Shown here one piece after another: positions 56,711-64,000 of a stretch of 64,000 nucleotides of DNA (within the stretch, counting starts at the first letter, position 1; each line of letters begins with the position of its first letter). Location of the stretch: the NCBI GenBank assembly GCA_951406725.2, contig OX597828.1, positions 23,684,001-23,748,000 of the forward strand, read 5' to 3'. The DNA is from Octopus vulgaris (taxonomy: Eukaryota). The notes beneath the pieces are model-generated. The model was not told the origin of the DNA, ran no database searches, and saw nothing but the letters and a program-made list of their open reading frames with translations. The position numbers and the translations under genes are program-made.

Positions 56711-57330
56711 ATATGAGTGAGTATGTGTAGAGAGAGAGACGTGATAGGTAGATAGATGGATATGCAGAGTTGCTTCAAATGTCTTAGAATTTTTTTTTCC
56801 AAATTGCACACGTAATGTATTGTTTGACCCGATGTTCTGGAAGGCAGAACATATATCTACAAAAATATTTCGTCGTGGGATCACAACCGGTACCTTAAAT
56901 GTTCCTAACAAATGTCTTAACCACGCATCTTTGCAGCTCCGATAATCTCAAGACATGAAATGTTACAAGTTTGACAAGCACATTTCTCGTAAAACAGAGG
57001 AAACGATAAAAATATGCAGAATAGTAATCTATGGAAATATACAGGACTGTGTGGTTTAGTGAAGCAAAATATCCAAAGATATTCAACCATTAATATCTGA
57101 CAGATTTGCAACTCAACTAAGAAGCTTAAGTGTGGGAAGTTCTTTACAGGCAATATCTTTCCATATACTGGTGTGTGTACGTATGTATGTTACTATGTAC
57201 ACACACACAAACACAAACACGCATACACAAATGCACACACACATACATACATACACATACATACATACATACATACATACATACATACATACATACATAC
57301 ATACATACATACATACATACATACATACAC

Positions 57331-57404
<74 letters not shown>

Positions 57405-57534
57405 AAAATTATAATTTAGGGTATCTAAGACATACCACCACGCTTGAAATAGTAGCCAAAACTTGACTCTAAAACCACATTAAAAGTTCATACAGCACCA
57501 GGAGAGAGAGAATAATTCAGTAAAAAATTACTGG

Positions 57535-57596
57535 ATATTCCAGATCCCGGATTTCTGGATCTGCATAAGAAATGCTTTGCCTCTTCAGTGGAATAT
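57535..57596 (-). ncRNA. Hammerhead ribozyme-like motif with an intact core
   Basis: Minus strand ATATTCCA-CTGAAGA-GG..GCATttcttATGC..CC-A-GAAATCCGGGATC-TGGAATAT: 8-bp stem I, stem III ATCC/GGAT, AUC triplet. Confidence 0.65.
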
Positions 57597-57611
57597 ACAC
57601 AGTACATAAAT

Positions 57612-57685
<74 letters not shown>

Positions 57686-58679
57686 ACATACGAATACTTA
57701 CATATACGAACGTATACATACATATATATGCACGTATGCACCCGACCAGTTTAAAATGCCCGCATAAACTCCTCGTGCGATATGGTCAAATTCATCACCG
57801 CAGTACACGCGTCTCAGTGCGTATAGATTGATATTGTGAAATACAGAAATGTTTGCTGGTCAAATTTACTGATCCCCAGTTCAATGAATGTACATTACAC
57901 TTTATGGCCGGATCCGAAGAGGATTAGCAAAATTATAGAATGCATAGAATGGTAGTTTATGTATGAAATGATATATACTTATATGCACGCGTGTGTGTAT
58001 GCCGACCTGTCTATAATTATTTGTCTGTGTGTGTGTGCCTACGCAGATTATTTATTGAGCTCAGAGTCAATCCTTAGTTACCAAATATTGATTCATACTA
58101 ATTATAAAATATGAAATATTATTTAATTATTATGAAAATGCTCACACCCGCCCTTCTACGTTCTTTAATATACTATGATATATTTTTCATATTTATCAAA
58201 CAGTATAACTCATTTTTACTATTTTAAGAATATGTAGCCTATTACTCAGCAGGACTGGAATGCCTAAACAACGTTTTTATATTAATATTTTCTGCTGGAG
58301 AAGGTGGCGAGCTGGCGGAAACGTTAATACGGTAGGCGAAGCGTTTTAGTCGAACAAATCCACTCCCCTGCTTACGTTTGTAGAGTCTGATTGTTGTTCT
58401 ATCTGCCTCTTCTGCCGAACCAATTGGTTATAGGAATGCAAAAAGGCCAACACCGGTTATCAAGTATTAGGTGGCCGGGGCAGAGGGAAACAAACACAAA
58501 TACATACACACACATATAATACACATACACATACACATATACAACTAACATACGCAAAATTGGTCGGCCCGGGGTTAAACTGGAAGGCACTTGTCCAATG
58601 TGCCACGCAGTGGAATTGAACCGAAAAGATCATAACGACACAGTCATATAGGGTTCTAATTTATGAATATTAACAATTA

Positions 58680-58805
58680 TTCTTTTCTACTCTAGGCATA
58701 AGGCCCGATATTCTGGGTGGGTGGGTGTCCAGTCGATTAGGTCGCTCCCAGTACGCAACTGGTACTTAATTTATCGACCCCGACAGGATGGAAGGCAAAT
58801 TTGAA
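58680..58805 (-). mobile_element. Meta-domain SINE fragment
   Basis: ctggtacttaatttatcgaccccgacaggatggaaggc. Confidence 0.7.
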
Positions 58806-60134
58806 CTTGTATGAAGATTAACAATTATTGATTGTTGTGTTTTGACCCCCTTAGATCATGAATTACAATGTGATTGCAACTAGAAAGTTACCTTCCGAGG
58901 CACAAGTCCGGGCAAGGTTGTTTGTGGAAGGCCATCAGTTGCCCACCGATGTCATCCAAGGGAAAGGCAAATTCCGATACAGCTTGGCACTAATGATGTC
59001 GCAACTCATTTATTAACGTGCAAGTGCCTGAGCACTCCACAGACACGTGTAAATTTAAAGTAGTTCTCGGGGATATTCAGCGTGACACAGAGTGTGACAA
59101 GGTTGGCCCTTTGCAATACAGCATGCCCTAATCCTTCAAAGGGCACGATGTTTAGCTCATCCCATATCTCCTTTTTCTTTCTGTCTTTGCTAACCTACTT
59201 TTCTTTCCCTTTGTTTCTCTCTCTCTCTCCGATTTCTTCAGTATTGCCTTTGGTCCTTCCTATTTTCCTCTCTCTTTCTCAGCTATAGACTTCTCTTCCA
59301 TTATTCCATTTGTTATTCCATTAACATATTTATATTTTCATTAAAAGCAACCTCCTCTAACCTCTTAACCAGTAACAACCACATCTCATTAACATATGTT
59401 AACACCATACTAACATCTCATTAACATAAAACCGTTTCAATCTTGTTCGTTTCTTTTTGCTTAATAATTAATTCATTTTCAGATTGTATTAATTATTAAT
59501 GTATGCTAATGTATGTGTAATTATTATTTATGAATGTTACCTGGTATGGATGCAGTGAATGATTTCTAACCTCCTAACATGCCCCGATGTAAGGAAATTT
59601 ATAGGGAACGGGATATAAGCAACAGAATTACATTGAACTTCCTCTAAAACCTTACTGATATTACAGATCCAGGAAGACTGTAAAGATATATCAACGAAGG
59701 CTGAATTCAAATTACAAAAAAGGCACTTATACCTCAAAAATGCATCTCCGTTCGTGTATTAACAAATGACTGATGTAATGGATAAGAGAATGAAATTAGC
59801 GCTGTAAACAGCGGGAGCACTGAAAATTTACCGTTTTGTAGGAGAGTTATAGGTATAAGATTGTTAGTTATGTTTCAGAATATCTGAAGTAGTTATTATT
59901 TTACTATGCTAAGGCGACGCGATGGCAAAAACGTTCGAGTGTCGGGAAACTACCATGCGGTATTGCTTCCTGCTGTTTCTTTATGTTGTGGTTTCAAATC
60001 TTACCGAAGTCACCTTTGGTTTGCATTGCTTCTGGGGTCAATAAAACAAAAGTAAAAGTCAAACATTGAAGTCGATGTTATCGACCAAACCTCTCATCTC
60101 AAATTTACTAGCCTTGTGCTAAATTATTAATGGT

Positions 60135-60996
60135 TTCTATGAACTAAAAGTCGGAGTGACTTGCTATAAAAGCAGGTAGTAATTTTACTTTGTCATTATT
60201 CTTAGTGCAAGGTTTGAAGAGTGCAGTTCAATTTAAAAGTATTTTTTCAAGGTTGTAATGGAAGTGACAAAGGAGCATATTCGGCATGTTTTGCTTTATG
60301 AGTTCAATAAAGGCAACAAAGAAACGGAAAGTGCGAGGGATATTAACACAGTATATAGAGATCGGACAGTAAGTATAAACCGATTTCAACGGTGGTTCCA
60401 GAAATTCCGAGCCGCATACTACAGCCTAGAAGGCGAACCTCGTCCTGGAAGATATGTAGAGCTCAACGAGGACGTCCTGCAAACCCTGGTCGAACAAAAT
60501 CCCATTGTAACTGTTGCGGAATTAGCAGAGAAGCTTGGATTTGGTCGTGCAACCATTCATCGACACCTATGCTAGAAGAAAAACGACCATCGTTGGCTTC
60601 AAGATGAAAATTGTTCTTCAGGATAATACTCGGCCACATACAGTGAGGATGACATTCCAAAGGCTGGAGCAATTTGAATAGGAAATGATGCCCCAACCAC
60701 CAATTTCACCGGACATCGCCCCATATGATTATCATTTATTCCGCAGTCTTCAGAGTAATTTGGACGGAAAAAAATCAACTCTTTTCTCGAGGTCAGAACA
60801 GTTCTGGAGAAGTATTTTTCGTCACGGACAACTGAATTTTGGAAGAGAGGTCTTCTAAGTCTACTAGATAAATGGAGGAGCATTGTAGAAAATGAAGGAG
60901 AGTATATTTTAGATTAAAAAAACCAACTTTGTTTATCTCAGCTTTGAAGAATAAAAGAATAATAAAATACTGCATTATTTATGGTACGACCCAATA
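60135..60996 (+). mobile_element. Internally deleted mariner transposon
   Basis: ORF 60258-60575 MEVTKEHIRHVLLYEFNKG..RWFQKFR..RPGR (Mos1/Hsmar-type HTH) joined to QDNTRPH..SPDIAPYDYHLFRSLQ; 3' TIR ttatggtacgacccaa-TA. Confidence 0.9.
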
Positions 60997-61804
60997 TATA
61001 GAATGGCTGATATAGGCCTTAGATTGTACCAGTTTTATTTGCATTCTGTCTACTCGTGACATTAACAGCTGCTCTTTATGTACACGTATGTATCGTCTAT
61101 AAGTGAACATGATTCAATAATAATAAATACTTTCCCAAAACGTGCAAACGTCAAACAAGTGACTGAAATATTTGACAACGGCAGGTGATTCGTCTGTCGT
61201 ATAATTAATCATTAGTTGCAACTTTGGTAATGAAAAGAGAAGCGGTCATCATGGTTTATAACATCTCTTAAAAATATAACAATATTTCTTCATTGGTTTT
61301 TATTTGGCATATATTTAATTGTAGCGCCTCTTTAAGAAAGCCTCCGCACATACGCATTTATTTGATCTTTTAATAATAACGATTAAATATTTCTATAATT
61401 AAGTCCAACCGATTAACAAAAATATAGATACGTCTGGAAACTTAGGAAGAATTATACAAAAGTGCAAGAATGTGTCCAGACAGGGAATTGCATCTGGGGC
61501 AAATCAAAACGATTTTCTTTAATATATCTCTTTAGAGAAAATTCACTCAATGACCAAATTATCTGGGGAAAAAAACCCACCCAGTTTAACGTCAATTAGT
61601 CCAAGGTAATATATCATTCTACCTTTGAATTGGCAAGTATTCACCTTTGAATGTCCCGGCCTTGCATATCTTAATAAAGTTCTACAATTGTTTAAAATAG
61701 TTTTCCTATATTTTAAAGTCCCTGTGTGGGTATAATTTATTAACAGCATGTTTATATGTATATGTATCATTATACACAGACACACAAACATTTATATATA
61801 TATA

Positions 61805-62201
61805 CTAGCAGTATCGCCCGGCGTTGCTCGGGTTTGTAAGGGAAATAACTATATAAGCATTTTTAGAGAGTTATAGCCAAAATATAGCAAAAAATGCATT
61901 AAAAATGGAAAAAAACATGATGGTAATTTTTTTTTTAAATCGTTGACTCATCGTAGACATTTTTAGAGAGTTACTTCCCTTATATAATAGCGAAAAAATG
62001 CATTAAAATGGAAAAAATGATGGTAAATTATTTTTAAAATCGTAGACTCATCGTAGACGCGCGCTAATACCCAGAAGGGCTCGATATGAATCACGACTAT
62101 AAGATACCCGCTTTTGGTTACACTGCATCGCAAAATGTGGGAGTAGTTAGGAATCTAAATCGTAGGAGACAGACACACAACTTGACTTTTATATATAAAG
62201 A
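61805..62201 (-). mobile_element. Complete non-autonomous Helitron (397 bp)
   Basis: Minus strand starts TC(TTTATATATAAAAG) and ends with hairpin CCCGAGCAACGCCGGG plus CTAG; inserted between A and T; internal tandem duplication of about 100 bp. Confidence 0.88.
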
Positions 62202-62500
62202 TATGCTTGTGTATGTGTGTGTATGTATGTATGTATAAATATATATAATCTAAAGTTAAATAATTGTAAAAATTCTTTACATCAAAAAATTATTCATGTA
62301 TGTGAATTGCATTAACAGCATGTATATAATATTTGTATGTATATATAAATATTCTTACCATTGCTACTAACTTACTAACAAACGCATGTTTTCTCTTTCT
62401 TCTCTTCCCGCTTTTTTTTTTCGTCACTCTCTCCAATTTCTCCACCTGCTTTGAACCACCACCGCGTACGAACTGACCAACTATCTACTCACCTACTCAG

Positions 62501-62608
62501 GCTATGGTCTCACTGGACCTCGAGGCCAGCCAGGATATCCGGGCCAAAAGGGAGAAAAAGGATCGAAAGGCGAAACGGGTGAACGTGGTCCCAAAGGAGA
62601 TCGAGGCG
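62501..62608 (+). CDS. 108-nt collagen triple-helix exon, (G)[35 protein letters not shown]
   Basis: Pyrimidine-rich upstream region, CTGAC branch-like site, ctcAG acceptor; 11 uninterrupted Gly-X-Y triplets; GTCAGT donor; phase 1-1, compatible with the 29505 exon. Not in the ORF track because it is an internal exon. Confidence 0.92.
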
Positions 62609-62818
62609 GTCAGTATTCCGTATATCACGCACAGCACGGATATATTCTGCAAGGTTATGGACAGCATTGATTGGTTCATGATTTTCTTCATACTTATATA
62701 TCCACAATCGTGAATTTATGTATATATATATACATATATATACATATATATATATATGTATGTATATATATGCATATATATATATGTGCATGTCTATATA
62801 TATATATGTATGTATATA

Positions 62819-62896
<78 letters not shown>

Positions 62897-63328
62897 GATA
62901 TAACAAGTTTTATTGAGTAAATTAAAATTAAAAGATAAAAGGAGAAATTGCTTTGAGAATTTTTGTTATGAATAAAATGAATGAGATTATTCACATTTTT
63001 ATCAGCTCCATTTGAATATATTCTAAGTAAAACATATCAAGTTAAAAAAAATATATATATATATATAACGAAATATAAATTTAATTTATATTAATTTATT
63101 TTCTTCTCTATAATGACATGATTAAACGGGCTGAAGCAATTGGAACTGGTAGCATATTTTGATAAAAAATGTAAATATTATCTTCCTCTTATTTTTCATA
63201 ATGTTCACAACGCATGTTCTCCTTAAGTTTTTTAATACGCATATATATATATATATATAATGTATATATATGTATATACTTATATATATGTATATAAATA
63301 TATAGACATATATATATATGTATATACT

Positions 63329-63422
<94 letters not shown>

Positions 63423-64000
63423 CATTCTTTGTGTTTCATTCTGTTTTTGTTTTTTTATGTGTGTAATGTTTGTGAGAGGTGCGCAGTAAATTCATACTGT
63501 GTAGTTTATTGGGGGGAAAAAAATTTGTTTTATATTTGATTTGATATGAACAACAATCGCACCAACGTCAACAACAGTAGAAATGGAAAACGTCTACAAT
63601 AAAACTTATAGTAGCAACAACATCAATAGAAACAACACTTTACAAAGGACTTTGTCAAGAAAATATTATTAAACTATAGTAAATTAATACATCTCTTTCA
63701 TATCATTATACAGCTTTCTTCTACGGATTAAGAAAACATTAAGATAATACTTAGAAGACAAGCAAAACTACGATAAGCTAGTTTTAAAAAGAATAACGAG
63801 ACCATAGTATTTTCTAAATCCGTACTAATCTGGCATTAAAAAAGCAGGAAACAACTGCAAAAAATTACAGCTACACCACACAAAAAACAGCAAAACTAAA
63901 GAGAGAAGTCCCAGGTGGGGGCATTGTTTTTATTACATCCGCTAGAAGCAGCAGCCAAATTCTATACAAAAAAGAAAGTGAATGGACACGATGTGTAATA

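Noticed and set aside
62504-62713. ORF-track peptide [15 protein letters not shown]...
   Set aside because: Wrong frame over the collagen exon; the Gly-X-Y frame bounded by splice sites is far more convincing.

Overview
AT-rich, microsatellite-saturated animal genomic DNA. The SINE repertoire looks like octopus/coleoid cephalopod; this is an inference from recognisable repeat families. The window appears to be mostly intron of one + strand collagen-domain gene. There are two clear phase-1 Gly-X-Y exons (27 nt at 29505-29531; 108 nt at 62501-62608, about 33 kb apart) and a possible upstream exon (17885/17907-17966). The rest is (AT)n/(AC)n/(ATAG)n/(ATGT)n/(AAT)n repeats, many tRNA-derived SINE copies, mariner relics, RTE and CR1 LINE 3' ends, Helitrons, a hAT MITE and a 22-bp minisatellite. 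The most notable signal is a set of minimal hammerhead-ribozyme-like motifs (CUGANGA...GAAA with a palindromic stem III) in several unrelated short repeats, often paired as inverted or tandem repeats, as in Penelope-like elements. Almost all ORFs in the supplied track are microsatellite artefacts.
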